A stretch of DNA of 64,000 nucleotides from Isurus oxyrinchus (GCA_026770705.1 JANJGN010000021.1:88908001-88972000), one strand, 5' to 3'. Shown: positions 11,346-25,439, counted from the first letter of the stretch. Numbers and translations: made by a program. The notes: a model not told the origin generated them from the letters alone.

Positions 11346-12269
11346 TGTATTAAATACTGGTGCTGTTTAACAGGTATGACACATTCACTACCCATGAGGA
11401 CAAGGAGAAAGACGGCAGCGAACACAACCACAGTGCTGTCCAGTGGGGGAGAATGCAAGAGCAGAATAGAAATGTGGCATTAAGAGGGAACTCTACAATT
11501 TTGCGAATACATAGCGACCTCTGCAGCCAAGAATGTGAATCCCAGAGGAAAAGTAAGCGCAAAGAAAAAATATAGTAAAAGCAATTCTGGACAACGGTTG
11601 ACAATACTGCCCATCACACTTTGCAATGAAATGATGTGGAAAGAGGAATCAGCTCTTTTGCAGTTTTTTTCCTAAAATAACGAGATCCCAAAACAACCGA
11701 CAAAATGAAACTAAAAAAATGCTGGAAGTACTTGGCATGTCAAGGCAGCATCCGTGGAGAAAAATAGAGTTAACTGCGTGAATTTTACAGTTGGAAATTG
11801 GGATCACTCCCCCCACCTCTCCCCACCCCCACCCCAACAAACCCCTGCCCTGATGTTGCCGCTTGCACACTAACCCAGTGTCATCATGCCGGTCTCCGAT
11901 AATACAGAAGTTCACCGGGCGCCGAGATTGGCAGCCCGCCTGCTGTTTTAAAAAGTGAACTAAAGGCCATTTCACCTCCTTAACGAGCCAAAAGACTCAT
12001 ATTTTACATTGCCCACCCCTATTTTTGGATGGGAAAAATATTCGAAAGGAGTCACACCAGGTATGAGGAGGCAATGCCGAGGAGGATAAACGGGCTGCAA
12101 AACTGGGACTAAGGCTGACTTTAGCAGCAGAGTCTGCTCGAGAAGATGCTTGGATTTGCTGGTGTTGCGAGTTACTTTATTCATCACTTTGAACCTTCGC
12201 TGGGAGAGATTTGTCAGGTTGCCCAGAGATAGGCGGAAAGTGAGTTTCCTGCGGCCCAGTATTGGACCC

Positions 12270-13400
12270 AGAGATCGGGCATTGTACATTTTGGGAGGAG
12301 GCTCCTCCTCCAGTGAGGAGGAGAGAAGGAAAAGATGAAGGAAATCTTTCTTCAAGGACAGGTGCACCATGCGGTCCAGGAAGCTGTGGAACCTGCTGCT
12401 GGGAAAGGACCTGCAGAGAGAAGACAACAGCAGCAGGCAGGCAGAGGTAGCTGAAGGCACTAGACTGCCAACATAGGTATACCGGCAAAGGATGACATAC
12501 TTCCAAATGCCAGAGCACCAGTGCCTGAGGCTGTCTCTCTCCGGGGAGCAGGGGGGATAATCACATCACCATGTGACATGCTGTCTGAGGAAATTGCCTC
12601 AAATTGTGTTATTGGGCACCCCATGCCTCAGGCATTGAAAGTCACAATGGCCCTGATGGTTTTTGCCTCAGGGTCTTTCTGAAGGCCATTGTGGGATACC
12701 ACAGCCAGTGACCCATCAGGTTTCCCACATGCCATGAGTTCACTTCACTTAGCAATGACAACCTCAGTCAGGCGCACAGAGCCTGAGACTTTGGTAACAC
12801 TGCAGGGTTTCCAAAGGTGCAAGGGCTAATAGATTGCACGTGTGGCATTTGAAGCACCATCAAGACAGCCGAGGGCATTAATAAACAGAAAAGGCTTCCA
12901 TTCCATCAATGTGCAGCTTTTATGTGACCAGAGGGAATGGATGGTGAGGGTGTGCACGCTATCCTGGAAGCAGACATGATGCCCACTTGGTGAGACACTC
13001 CCAGGTGCCAGGGATGTTCTGTGTACCAGAACATTTGGGTGGCTGGCTCCGTGGTTACAAAGGATACTCCCTGAAGAGGAGTCTAATGACCCCAGTCCGA
13101 AGTCCATGCATTGTGCAGGAGAGGAGGTACAATGAGAGCCTAGCTTCCACCAGGGGCATCACTGAGCAGACCACTACACTGCTCAAACCAAGCTTTTGAT
13201 GTTAGGACCGGTCAGGTGGCGCTCTTCAATACTCTCCTACTCAACTCTCACTCATGGTCGTGGCCTGCTGTGCCTTGCACAATCTGGAACTCCAGAGAGG
13301 GGAAGCCCTTGTAGAAGAGGATTTAATGGAGCGAGCCCTGTCCTCTGGCGAGGAGTCTGAGGATGAATCTGAAGATAAGGAAGATGAGTAACGTCAGCCA
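12270..13400 (+). pseudogene. HARBI1-like DDE transposase, frameshifted with stops
   Basis: Motifs read across frames: GHPMPQALKVTMALMVFASGSF, GFPKVQGLIDCT, INRKGFHSINVQLLCD, GWLRGYKGYSLKRSLMTPVRSP, ERRYNESLASTRGITEQ, DRSGGALQY. Confidence 0.85.
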
Positions 13401-13749
13401 GCTGAGCAAGCTGGTGCGCAGGACTCTTTAGATGCCAGGGTGACGTGAAATTTGCTAAAAATGCAGATTTAATGAGCATTCTGTAATTTGATCTTTGCCA
13501 CCACAGTGGGGCCGCCTGTGCATGTGCCAATGCAGGGGTGCCAAATGAGGCCGATCAGAGAGGCCCACATGAGCACAAACTCCCTTAGCAGAATGTAGCC
13601 AATCCAAGTCAAAACTAATACATCACAAACGTGAAACATTAATGAAGCCAGAGACACAAGTACAAAGAACAATTATTTATTCACAAAAGGAATCAAGAAC
13701 TATCAGACCAAACAAAACCAAGTAATCACCTCGTGGACCCCATGTGTGA

Positions 13750-15930
13750 CTAATGTGGTGTTTTTCTGGGTGCTACCTCATGGTGCTCCACCCTCGACGC
13801 CAGCTCTCCTGGAGTCAGGCTGCTGACCCTCATGCCCCTTTGATTGGGATGACCTTTGGCAAGCGGCCTCTGGTCGCCTGAGGTTGTGAGGGCCCCCGGT
13901 GTGGTGGGAGCCTCCTGCACAGAGGCTGGGGTCTCAGATGCTGCCATGGCACTCTGAGGCATTGCGTCAATGGGCAGAGGGACAGGGAAGAGGCTGACCC
14001 CATCAGAAGTGCCCCGAGAGGTGACTCCCAACGGCAGCAGCAGCTACTCATCCTCTGCCGTGAGGCTGCTTCGGTCCTCCCTGCCTTAGCGGGAGGAACC
14101 AGGGCCCGGATGTGACTCCAGGGCTCCTCGTCCTCTCCGGCTCTGGGCGCAGGAGCTCAGGGACAAGGCAATGCAGTGTAGGTCACAATGCATATCCCAT
14201 CAGTAAGCTGCTGGGGTTGGGCCTCCATGACAGTTGCCAGTCTTTCGGTGCAGGAAGCCATGCATTATAAAGGACGGGCGATCACAGAGCAATTGGTCTG
14301 GATGGACTCCTCCATGCCAGCGTGCGCCACCCCCTCTGGAACAGCTGCCACATCCCCATGCACCTCATGCTGTAGGTCCAGCACTTGCTACCTGACGGCT
14401 CACTCCAGAGGCTTGTCATCAGCTCTTTGAGTCACCTCCAGCACTCCCGAGTGCCAGTGGCCAGCTTTGCCTCAGTCCCCGACAGCTGGTCTTGTGACTG
14501 TGATGTGTCCTCACCTGTGCGTGAATCCCTCAGAGCCAGCCCACTGGGGCGCAGGTATCTGCACTGGTGCTAGGTCGGAGCAAGAATATGAGGCTGTGCC
14601 CTCTGAGGCTTCTCATCCTCAGAGGTTAACTTTGGCCCATTGAGGCTGTGGGTCACAGCTGCCAACATTTCACCTGTGGGGGAAACAAGCAAGGAGCATG
14701 AAGGGCACCATCGTTGTTTGAGATGACTTCAGAGAGAGGCACGCTTCCTAAAGACACACACTGGCAACACTGGGAGACGGTAACCAAGATCTCAACCTCA
14801 GCCCCTTCAACACTGAGACAGGACATATTCCTTCCCAAATTCTGCAAGCCTCTAAAGTCCAAACCCATCAATGCCAATGCCACACCACATTCCCCAGCTC
14901 GCTCCGCAGTCCCCTATCCCACATCCCAGCTCCTTCAGCCCTGTCCTTGCAGGAGAGCACTAGATGTATTTGAACATCACCACCCCTTGGCCTCCAACCC
15001 GGCCTTGCCCAGCACTGAGACTCTGCTGGTTCACTGCCAGCTCCAGCTCCAGAGGGGCGAAAACTGCCAGGGTGGGTTTACCACCTCCAGTCCTCTGCCT
15101 CTCTCAGGCCTTTGAGTCACCTCCAGCGCTACTGAGTGCCAGAGTGCAGCTCTATCTCAGTCCCCAACAGCTGGTCTTGTGACTGTGATGTGCTCTCACC
15201 AGTGTCCTTTCCTCCTGTAAATAAAAAGGGACATTGTAATGAGTCTGCTGTGGGGGAATCATGCTTTCAATTGTGGGGCCAACATGTCGACAGCCAACAA
15301 TTCCTCAACTAACTAAATGTGCTGCAGTTCATACATCCCACAAACCCACAGCCCCACTCCCGCTTCACACCCCGTTTTGTACTTGGCTAAGACAATAGGC
15401 AATCCCACACTTGCCTCACATCACACCCTCACGCCCTTCCATATCGGTCCATCTGTAAAATGCTTACACACTCATGCTGGCAGATAATAGGCCATTAAGG
15501 TTTTTATGGCACAGCAGCCATGCCCTGTGGACAACCCCATAGCCACTCACTAGCTCTGCCAACTCTGTCCGGCTGCTTTGGTCTGACCGGGAGGTCTCTT
15601 CTGCCCATCAGCAAGCATGAGGACCTCCCACTGATCACTCACGGCCTGGAGGAGGACTCACTGGGAATCATCAAACCATGGGGGTCATCCTTGGTCTGGG
15701 CTCCTCAACAGTTGCTCTCTCCATTCTCGCTGTCATATGGTAGCCTTACCACCCCTGAAGAGGCAAAGAGAGTTAAAGGGTTAAATTTGAGTATTTTCCT
15801 AAACACTTACTATTCTTAAGGGGAATGTGACAGGTATCTAAAATGTTCTTTCCTCCTTGGCAAGGGTCCCAAGTCTTAGACAGTTGACACAATAATTACT
15901 AAATTTAAAAACAAATTCTTACCTGCTGCT
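13750..15930 (-). pseudogene. Decayed second Harbinger gene (putative Myb/SANT-like partner, spliced)
   Basis: Convergent to the transposase, low-complexity P/S/A-rich ORF remnants (13750..14031), donor CAG|GTAAG near 15923. The SANT domain itself was not recognised. Confidence 0.5.
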
Positions 15931-16959
15931 GATCCAATAATTCAATGGAACTGAAAGTCTTCTTAGTCCATATTTCTGCCTCCAGGCCATTAACCAACCC
16001 ATGCAAAAGTGCCTTTAAATGGGTGACTGTGACCGACATTCGGTTCACAGCCTGACCCCTCTCTGCCCAGACATCCTGCCCTGGATCCCTGATTGGGCGC
16101 ACTGCCCACCCTTCCCTTACCTAGCTGGCCAGCTTCCTGCCCGGCAGCCATTAATCAGCCGCAAGAAGCTTTACTCAGTGTCTTATATAGGGGGGAGAGG
16201 CTGAATTGTGCACAGCAGGGTCAGGCTCCCACCAAAAGCTTAAAATTCACCCCAACACTTCAGGTCGAGATGACCTTTCATCACGCAAATCATGGTTTAA
16301 ATGCAGGATATCATTCAGTATTGTATTTTTAAAAGAAGCTTCATAGGGCAGTTTGGTTTTTCAATATAATAGACTATATTGACCATCCCCTGAAAAAGGG
16401 CATAAAGGGTTGACCACACTGGAGGCCTGCATTGCAGTTGAAGGAAGGAGATGACATTAATTGCCAGAGGGAAATCTCAAAGAGGGAGACAGACAGATCA
16501 TCAGGAAAATAATCTATAACCACAGTTGACCACTTCTTTTTTATTCATTCATGGGATGTGGGCATCACTGGCTAGGCCAGCATTTATTACCCATCCCTAA
16601 TTACCCTTGAGAAGGTGGTGGTGAGCTACTTTCTTGTACACCTATAGCGCTGTTAGGAAGGGAGTTCCAGAATTTTGACCTAATCTGGTGATTGTACAAG
16701 TACAGTTAATAGCATATTTGAGCTAGATATTGGCAAAGTGTTTATTTGTTGGAAGTAAAATAACATAGATATGAGTGAAGCATCAACTTGCTAGAAGTAA
16801 AACAGCTGCTCTTTTATAATTATTTTATTTTCTCTTCTTTTCTCAAGCTGTTAAATCTCTAACTATTTTCAATGTAAAACAATGAATGGAAACATTTAAA
16901 ATGGCATCCAACTGAGAGTGGGAAAATATATTCTGCTAAAAGAACAAACGGTGTCCTTG

Positions 16960-19900
16960 TGGATGATTAAAGACATAGGGCAACATTTGAGGGTCAGGTA
17001 AGAGGTATTAAGACATAGGCAGCAGAGGCATGCAGAGGAAGACAGAATATGACTGGATTAGGTGGGAAGTGAAAAACACAATTGGAAGGCAAAGAGGAAC
17101 TATGAAGTTAAATTATCAAAGAACGTAAAGCAAAGGAGTAAAATATTTCCAGGCACAGCACTAAATAATGGATGTGATGGGAATAGGACCAATAAAAGAT
17201 AGGCAAAATAATATCACAGATAATGATAGAAAGATGGGAGAAATATGAATTATAGAATTATATAGAAACATAGAAACTAGGAGCAGGAGTAGGCCATTCG
17301 GCCCTTCGAGCCTGCTCCGCCATTCATTATGATCATGGCTGATCATCCAACTCAATAGCCTGCTCCCGCTTTCTCCCCATATCCTTGGATCCCTATTGCC
17401 CCAAGTGCTATATCTAACTCCTTCTTGAAAGCATATAGTATGAAATATAGAAATAATTATTTTGCTTTGATATTTACCAAGGAGGTAGAACAGATAGACA
17501 TGACATTGAATGATGAAATGAGCAATGGATAGGTGCAGCTAAACTAAAAAAGGAAGGTATAAACTCAAGGCGGATAAAGCCCCTGCTCTGGATAGATTGA
17601 AACCATGGTCAGGATTTACAGGATGGTGGGGTTTTCCTTCCTGCCATCCAAGAAGTCAGCGGAGAACACATCCCCACTGATACTGCCTGCCTTCCAGCCG
17701 CTTAATGCTCCAATATGTGTTAATTGGCTGGAGACACGACTTCCGCCCCTCACTCAGGTGGAAGTCCCGCTTCGGGTTGCTGCTGGCCAATTTGATGGGC
17801 CGGCAGCTCTCTAGTCCCTACAGAGTCAGAAGCTGCAGTGGACAGGGCCGGGTCTGCAAGCAGTCCCCAGAGCCTAAGTCCCGGGAGTCCAGGACCAAAC
17901 AAGTGCGTGGTTCTCAGAGCTGGGTGGGTCGGTGAGGCCCAGGGGGATGGGCAGAGGGGTGGTGGGCGTGTTGGTAGAGATGCTGGGGGGCTGGGGGGAA
18001 GGAGCCCCCACAGGGACAAGACCATTTGAGGAGAACCATCCAATGTCAAAAGGTGGACTGCTGATGGTGGCAGCCCACGCCTCCAACCATCCCCCACCCC
18101 ACCACACTATCCTGCCGCGGCCTGACCCCAATTTATTTCCCACTGCCCCTGAACTCCTCCCACCAGCCCGAAAATTGAGACTGGGCAGGAAACGACAGTT
18201 TACAGGCCTCAATTGATGCAAGGGTAGGTGAGCTAGTCTAGACCTTGCCCATCCAAGTGTAAAATTACGGAGAGGCTGGGAGCCCAGTGAGAAGGCCTTT
18301 GTAGAAATTTTACAATCACCACCCACCCTCCTGCCCTGCCCACCTAGAAACCTGCTGGCAGGGAACAGAAAATTCTGCCCCAGGTATTTTAAAAGAAACT
18401 AGGACTGAGAGAGAAAAGGCATTATTACACATATTTCATAATTCAGAGGACTGGCAGCTGGAAATGTAATTCCAATATTCATGAAGGGACAGAACATGTC
18501 CAGGGAATTATTGACCAGTCATCTTATTAGTTACAGGAAAAATAATAGAATCCCTACTAAAGGAGAGAATGAAAGAAATCTAGAAATGAACAATATAATT
18601 ATGAATAATGAATAATTATGAAATGGATTTCAAAAGGGAAAATCTTGCTCGACCAACCTTATTGAATGTTTGCAGAGGTGACAGAGAGAGTAAACAGTGT
18701 TAATGCAGTATATGTAATTTATCTGGATTTTCAAAAGCCCTTCAATAAGGAGCCCCATAATAGGCTAATGGATAAGGTCAGAGAATGTGGAGTCAGGGGA
18801 CAAGCGACAGATTGGGTTGCTAGCTGGCTCCAAGAGGAAAGCAGAGAGTGGGAGTACAGGGTAGTTATTCAGAGTGGCAGAAGGTGGGAAGTAGTGTTCC
18901 ACAAGGATCAGTCTGAGACCTCAGCTGTCACGATTTATATGAATGATTTGGACTTGGAATGAAAAACACAATTTCTAAATTCACAGATGACAGCAAGTGA
19001 GGGTGGGGGGAGGGTTGTGGCACAATCAACACTGAGGAGGATTACCACAATTTACAGGACATAAATAAACTTGCAGAATGGACAAATAATTCACAAGTAA
19101 AGTTTAACACAGCTAAGTGCAAGGTAATATATTTTGATAGGAAGAATAGGAAAATCACTTCCTACTTGGAAGGTACATGTCTAGGGGGAGTAGAGGAACA
19201 GATGAATCTTGGAGTGCATATACATCAGTAGCTAAAAGTTATTCGACAGAACAAGGCCAGCAGAAGGAGCAGTAGGCTTTGTTTCTAGGACAGAATTTGA
19301 AAAGTTATGCTAAATCTGTATCGACTCTTGAAAAAACCACATTTAGAGTACAGTGTGCAGTTCTGATCAGCATATTATTAAAAAGGGTACAGTGCCATTG
19401 GAGAGTGTGCAGAGAAGATTGATGAAGATGGTACCAGAAATGTCAGTGTGTACACATCAGAAAAGGATTGGCACGCAGGGGGCAGAATTTCACACTCCCC
19501 TGCCGGCGGCTTGGTTGATGGGGACGGGGGTGGGGGTTGTGGGAAAATTTCTCAGATGGTCTTCCCACCAGATTCCCCGCCCGCTCTGACCTCCTCGCAA
19601 TTTATACTTGGATGGGAAAGGCCTAGGCTGGCCCGCCCGCCTGTCCTTGTCCCAATTAAAACACTTAAGTGGCAAATTATTGACCATGTAAGGGCCATTT
19701 CCCGGCCAGCCTCAATTTTCAGGAGAAGTTCAGGGGCAGGGGCAAAACCTGAGAGTGAACTGTGTTCAGGTCTCAGGTGGGAAGGTTGTGGGTGGTGGGA
19801 AGTGGGGTGGGGGCAGGACCCCCTTTTTAACATCGGGCACCCCTCCCCAGAAGGTGTGGCTCTTCACTCCCTAACAGCCTCTCCACCAACACCTCCAACC

Positions 19901-20590
19901 TCTCTGCCTACCACCACCACACCACCCTCACCCCCGGGACACAGAAGATGGGGACAGCTTGCAGTCCCAGTCCTATCCACTGCTTCTTCTGGCGCCACTG
20001 AGACAGGAGAGCTACCGGCCAATCTGATTGGCCAGCAGTTCTCTGAGGTGGAACTTTCTCCTGAATGAATGGCAGAAGTCCCACCTCCAGCAAATTAACG
20101 TTTCTTGGAGCGTGAAATGGCTGTGGGCCAGGCAGTATCAATGGGGGTGTATTTTCCCCTGACTCCTCTGACAGCGGGAAGGGAAACCCCACCATCCAAA
20201 AAACCCTGGAAAGGGTCTCTTTCTCTTGAAAAGTGAGGGCTTGATGGGTGACCTAATAAGAGGCACTTAAACTTACGAAAGGTTAAAGTGGGCACAGTGA
20301 GGAGGTTTCCTCTTGTGGGAAAACAGCATATCTAGAGGCCATCCATGTAAGATAGCCACCAAGAAACCCGACAGGGAATTCAGAAGAAACACCTTTACCA
20401 AAAGAGCAGTGAGAACATGATACTTGCTACTACAGGGTGTGATTGAAGCAAAGATGCATTTAAGAGGAAGTCAGGAAAACATATGAGGGAGAAGGGAATA
20501 GATGGTTACGATGATAGATTTAAGTAAGGAAAAATGGGAGGAGGTTCAAGTGGAGCATAAATACCAGCATAGACAGGTTGGGCTGAATTA
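16960..20590 (+). mobile_element. Old CR1 LINE interrupted by a CR1 3' end (about 17265-17435) and two MITEs
   Basis: ORF 18666..18962 (VIYLDFQKPFNK...HNRL) with colinear RT remnants on both sides of the insertions. Confidence 0.8.
17626..18381. mobile_element. Non-autonomous MITE, probably Harbinger-derived (related copies at about 1981-2480, 19479-20200, 20800-21560, 41527-42450)
   Basis: GG(G/T)CAG(A/G)ATTT...AAAATTCTGCCC-type ends, shared internal CCAATC(T/A)GATTGGCC and CCCTTAAGTGG motifs, no coding capacity, interrupts a CR1. Confidence 0.65.
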
Positions 20591-21559
20591 TCATCCACGT
20601 ATTTTGAACTTGTACTTCAAATCATTTATGCAAATTGAGAATCGCCGTGGTCCCAGCACAGGTCCTTGTTGAACATCACTTCCCACCTTTTGCCAGTTCA
20701 GGTAACTAGTTTTAGCTCCCTACTCTTGATTTCCTGTTCGGTAGCCAACTTGCTGAAAATTTGGTGACTTGTCCTCCCTACTGTTGAAAGAGTCATTGTA
20801 AACCTTGTCCTCACTTGAGACGGGCCTTCCCCACCCCAAGCTGAGTTTTACAGGCGGTTGGGGGTGCCATGTACTGCTTGCCCACCCCCAGAGGGAAAGC
20901 CAATCAGAATCAACTGACATCACCCCGCAACCACAACGCGTTCTGGATGGCCTGAATGAGGTGAGGGGCGGATTCCTGCCCCTCAGTGAGAGGAAGTCCG
21001 GTCTTCGTGAGCTGCCAGCCAATCAGATCTGGCCGGAAATGAGTAGTGGGTGGTGCTGGGACTGCAAGATTCTTCACAAAGAAGAGGACATGGATCCCAG
21101 TGACAGGTAAATACTGGGTTTTGGGTGGGGAAGGATCGGGGAGTGTAGGGAGGGATGCAAGGGGTGTAGGAGTTGGGTTTTGAAGGCCAGGCGGGGAGGC
21201 ACAAAGAAGAGTACAATCATAGTGGGAGGGATGCCAATCCCACCCCCCCTCATGGGCAAAGGGTACCCCCAAAGAAGGTCACCCACTTTCACCAAAACTG
21301 GTGATGAAATGGCATTCCCACCATAGTTAATCTTCCGCTGGCCAGCCTATTATGGTGGTGGAGCTGGGCTTTGACCCTTAAGGACCCTATAATTGGGCAG
21401 TTGAGGGCCTCAGTAGCCCTCAGGGCAGGCAGCCTAGCAGGTGCCCTTACCCACCACCCGTATTATGGGGAGCAGGTTGGGGGTCAGTGGGAAGGCCGTG
21501 GGCTAGCCAGCCGACCTATTTTACATGACCGGCCCCCAACGCCCTCACTCTGCCTAAAA

Positions 21560-22524
21560 CACACCACAGAATCACAGGATTGTGATGGTATAGAAGGAGG
21601 CCATTTGGCCCATCGTGTCTGCCCCGGCTTTCTCAGCATTTTAACTAAGTGCCAATCTCCTGCCATTTCCCTGTAATCCTGCACGTTGTTTCTATTTAAA
21701 TAGTCATCCAATGCTCTCTTGAATGCCACAATTGGACCTGCCTCCACTATACTTCCGGGCAGTGCATTCCAAAGCCTAACTACTCACTGTGTGAAAAAGG
21801 TTTTTCTCACCTCACATTAGCTTTTTTTGCAAAACACTTGAAAACTGTGCCCTCTGGTTCTTGATCCGTTTACGAGCGGGAACAGTTGCTGCCTAAAACT
21901 CTGTCCAGACCCCTTATGATTTTGCCAACTTCTATCAAGTCTCCTCTTAGTCTTCTCCTCACCAAGGAAAACAGTCCCAACTTCTCCAATCTTTCCTCAT
22001 AACTGAAGTGTGTCATCCCTGAGACCATTCTCGTAAACCTATTCTGCACTCTCTCCAAAGCGTTCACACCCTTCCTATAGCGTGGCACCCAGAACTGTAC
22101 ATAGTATCCCAGTTGAGGTCTAAGGAGTGTCTTATATAAGTTCATCAAAACATCCCTGTTCTTGCATTCTATGCCCCTATTAATGAAGCCTAGAATACTG
22201 TATGCTTTAGAAACAGCTCTCTCCACCTGTCCTGCCACCTTTAATGACTTATGTACATATACATCCAGATCTCTCTGCTCCTGTGCACCCTTTACAATAG
22301 TATCCTTTATTTTATACAGTCTCTCCATGTTCTTTGTGCCAGTGTATCACCTCACATTTCTCCGCATTTGAACTTCATCTGCCACCTATCTACCCACTCC
22401 ACCAATGTGTCAATATTCTTTTGAAGTTCTACACTATCCTCCTCACAGTTTACAATTCTCCCAAGATTTGAGTCGTCCGCAAACTTTGAAATTGTCCCCT
22501 GCACACAAAGATCTAAATTATTTA

Positions 22525-22566
<42 letters not shown>

Positions 22567-25290
22567 GAAAAGCAAGGGTCCCAATACTGACCCATGGGAA
22601 ACTCCACTACAAACCTTCCTCCAGCCCGAAAAATACCCATTACCATTACTCTCCGTTTCCTCTCCCTCAGCCAATTTTGTATCCATGTTGTTACTGTCCC
22701 TTTTATTACATGACTTCCAAGCCTGTTGTGTGGCACTGTATCGAATGCCTTTTGGAAGTCCATATACACCACATCAAGGTCTTGCCCTCATCAACCATCT
22801 CTGTTACCTCTTCGAAAAACTCCAGGAAGCTACTTAGACATGATTTTCCTTTAACAAATACATGCTGACTGTTCTGAATCAATCCATTTTTCCATGTGGC
22901 TATTAATTCTATCCCGAATAATTGTTTCCAGGCGTTTCCCCACCACCGAGGTTAAACTGACTCGTCTCTAATTTCAGGGCAGATCTTTATCATCTTTTTT
23001 GAACAAGGGTGTAATGTTCGCAATCCTCCAGTCCTCCGGCACCTCCCCCAGATCCAGGGAAAATTGAAAGATTGTCAGTGCCTCTACAATTTCCACACTC
23101 ACTTCCTTCACATTCTTGGATGCATCTCATCCTTTCCCGCTGCCTTGTCAATTTTAAGCACCAACAGATTCATTACGTTTACAGCACAGAAGGAGGCCAT
23201 TCGGCCCATCAGGTCCACACCAGTCAACAAAGATCTGACTACACTAATCCCATTTTCCAGTGCTTGGCCCTTAGCCCTGGAGGCTATGGAGCCCCCTCTG
23301 AGGGGCTGGAGGCTATGGCAATGCAAGTGAATATCTAAATACTTCTTAATGTTATGAGAGCTTCTGACTCAACCATCCTTTCAGGCAATGAGTTCCAGCT
23401 CCCACCACCCTCTGGGTGAAAAAGTTTCTCCTCAACTCCCCTCTTAGCCTTCTACCTCTTACCTTTAATCTATGCCCCCTGGTTATTGACCCCTCTACTA
23501 ATGGAAGAAGTGCCTTCCTATCCTAATTCTGCCCCTCATAATCTTATGAACCTCTGTCAGATCCCCTCTCAACCTTCACTGCTCCAAGAAAATAACCCCA
23601 GCCTATCCAATCTTTCCTCATAGCTCGGAGGACGTAATGTTGCAATCCTCCTGTCCTCCAGCACCTCCTCCAAATCCAGGGAACATTGAAAGACGTCCCT
23701 CTGCAATTTCCACTCTCACTTCCTTCAATATTCTTGGATGCACTTCATCCAGTCTGGTGTCTTATTAACTTTCAGTACCGACAGCTTATCCAATAACTCA
23801 TCAATTTTAAATCCTCTAGGGACTGTGTTTCCTCTGTCACCATGGCCTGGGCAGCATCTACCTCATAGGTAAAGACAGAGGCAAAGTATCTACTTAACAC
23901 CTCAGTCATTCCTCTTGCCTCTATCTGTAAATCCCCTTTATGGTCTCTAATCGACCCAATTCCTCCTTTTACCACCCTTTTACTATTGATATGCTTGTAA
24001 AATACTTTGGGATTTCCTGTTATGTTAGCTGCCAGTCTTCTTTCTTAATCCCTCTTCGCTTCTCGTATTTGCTTTTTCACATCCCTTCCGAACCTTCCGT
24101 ATTCAGCTTGGTTCTTGATTGTATTTGCTACCTGACGCCTGTTGTAAGCACACTTTTTCTTCTTTAACTTAATTTCTATCTCCTTAACTGTGCCTGAACC
24201 ATCTCCTCTTTTGTCCCGCCAACCTTTGGTTCCAGTCTATCCGGCCCTGCTCTGTCCTTGCCCCACTGAAGTCCGCTTTCCACCAGTTGATTATTCTTAC
24301 TCTGGATTGACCAATGTCATTTTCCACCATCATCCTAAACCTTATGGTACAATGATCACTCTCCCCTAAACGTCCCCTAAACGTCCCCTAAACGTCCCCC
24401 CACTGTCACTTGATCTACTTGGCCCACCTCATTCCCAAGAAGCAGGTCTAGCAGTGCCTCCATTCTTGTTGGAGTGGACCATACTGCTGTAGGAAATCCT
24501 CCTGAACACAATCTAGGAACGCTTGTCTCTCACTGCCCCTTACACTAACACTATCCCAGTCTATATCCGGGTTATTTAAGTCCCCCATTATAATTGCTCT
24601 AAGATGTTTACACCTCTCTGTAATTGCCTTGCAGATTTGTCCCTCTATATCCTTCCCACTAGCTGGTGGTCTATACATTACACCGAGCAATGGAATTGCA
24701 GCCTTCCTATTCCCTAGCTCTATCCAAATCGATTCTGTCCTTGAATCCTCTGACATATCCTCTTTCTCCAGTACTGCAATAATCTCCTTGGCCAAAAACG
24801 CCACCCCTCCCCCTTTTTTCCCTTTCTCTTCTTTTCTGAACACCTTGTAACCAGGAATATTTAACACCCAGATCTGACCTTCCTTAAGCCTCTGTTGTCG
24901 CCACAACATCAGAATCCCAAAAGGCAAGCTGTGCCTGTAACTCCCCAATGTTATTAACTATACTACGTGCATTCACATACATGCAATGTAACCCTGATTT
25001 AGGCTCTACTATTCTCTATTTTGGTGCTATCTGCCTCTCCCAACATTCTGTGCACCTTGGTATTACTTTTTAATGTTCTCTCCTGGTTCCCACACCCCTG
25101 CTGAGTTAGTTTAAACTCTCCCCAACAGCACTCGCACAATGGCCCACAAGGAACTCAGTTCCGGCTCTGTTCAGGTACAACCCGTCTGGCTTGTACAGGT
25201 ACCATCTCCTCCAGAGCCAGTCCCAGGGTCCCAGGAATCTAAAGACCTCCCTCCTGCACCATCTTTCCAACCACACATTCATCTGTCTTA
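21560..25290 (-). mobile_element. Decayed CR1 LINE(s) with a nested CR1 3' end at about 23170-23625
   Basis: ORFs 21870..22328, 22563..22772 (YMDFQKAFD), 23772..23975 and 24448..24948 (APE). Confidence 0.88.
22520..22563. repeat. (TA)n microsatellite in CR1
   Basis: Direct reading. Confidence 0.9.
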
Positions 25291-25439
25291 TTCTGCACCC
25301 CCCCCCCCAACTATTTCATCCGGCAGGGTGGAGGGGGGGGATGGGTGGGGGATTAAAACCCTCCGAGGGGCTGATCTGTGGTCCAAGCTGTGGTAAGGAA
25401 GTGGTGACCAGTGTCCAGACTGCATCCAGTCACCAAGGA

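Larger units (their letters stand above)
9560..11560 (+). mobile_element. Decayed CR1 5' UTR / ORF1 remnant interrupted by the Penelope element
   Basis: Repetitive CAGTGG/GAGAAAG-rich leader, then NRYDT...RNVALRGNST...LCSQECESQR (11360..11575), resembling the ORF1 esterase start. Confidence 0.5.
11775..16253 (+). mobile_element. PIF/Harbinger DNA transposon, TIR-bounded but decayed, with convergent transposase and second (probably Myb/SANT) gene
   Basis: Ends TGCGTGAATTTTA / TAAAATTCACCCC flanked by AAC...AAC. Removing the element restores a Penelope repeat (GAGTTAAC|ACTTCAGGTCGAGATGACC). Confidence 0.8.

Noticed and set aside
12270-13400. Domesticated HARBI1 gene
   Set aside because: Multiple stops and frameshifts, and still bounded by TIRs and a TSD.
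15905-15990. Strong minus-strand donor CAG|GTAAG as an extra receptor exon
   Set aside because: Lies inside the Harbinger element and has no compatible Ig-like reading frame.
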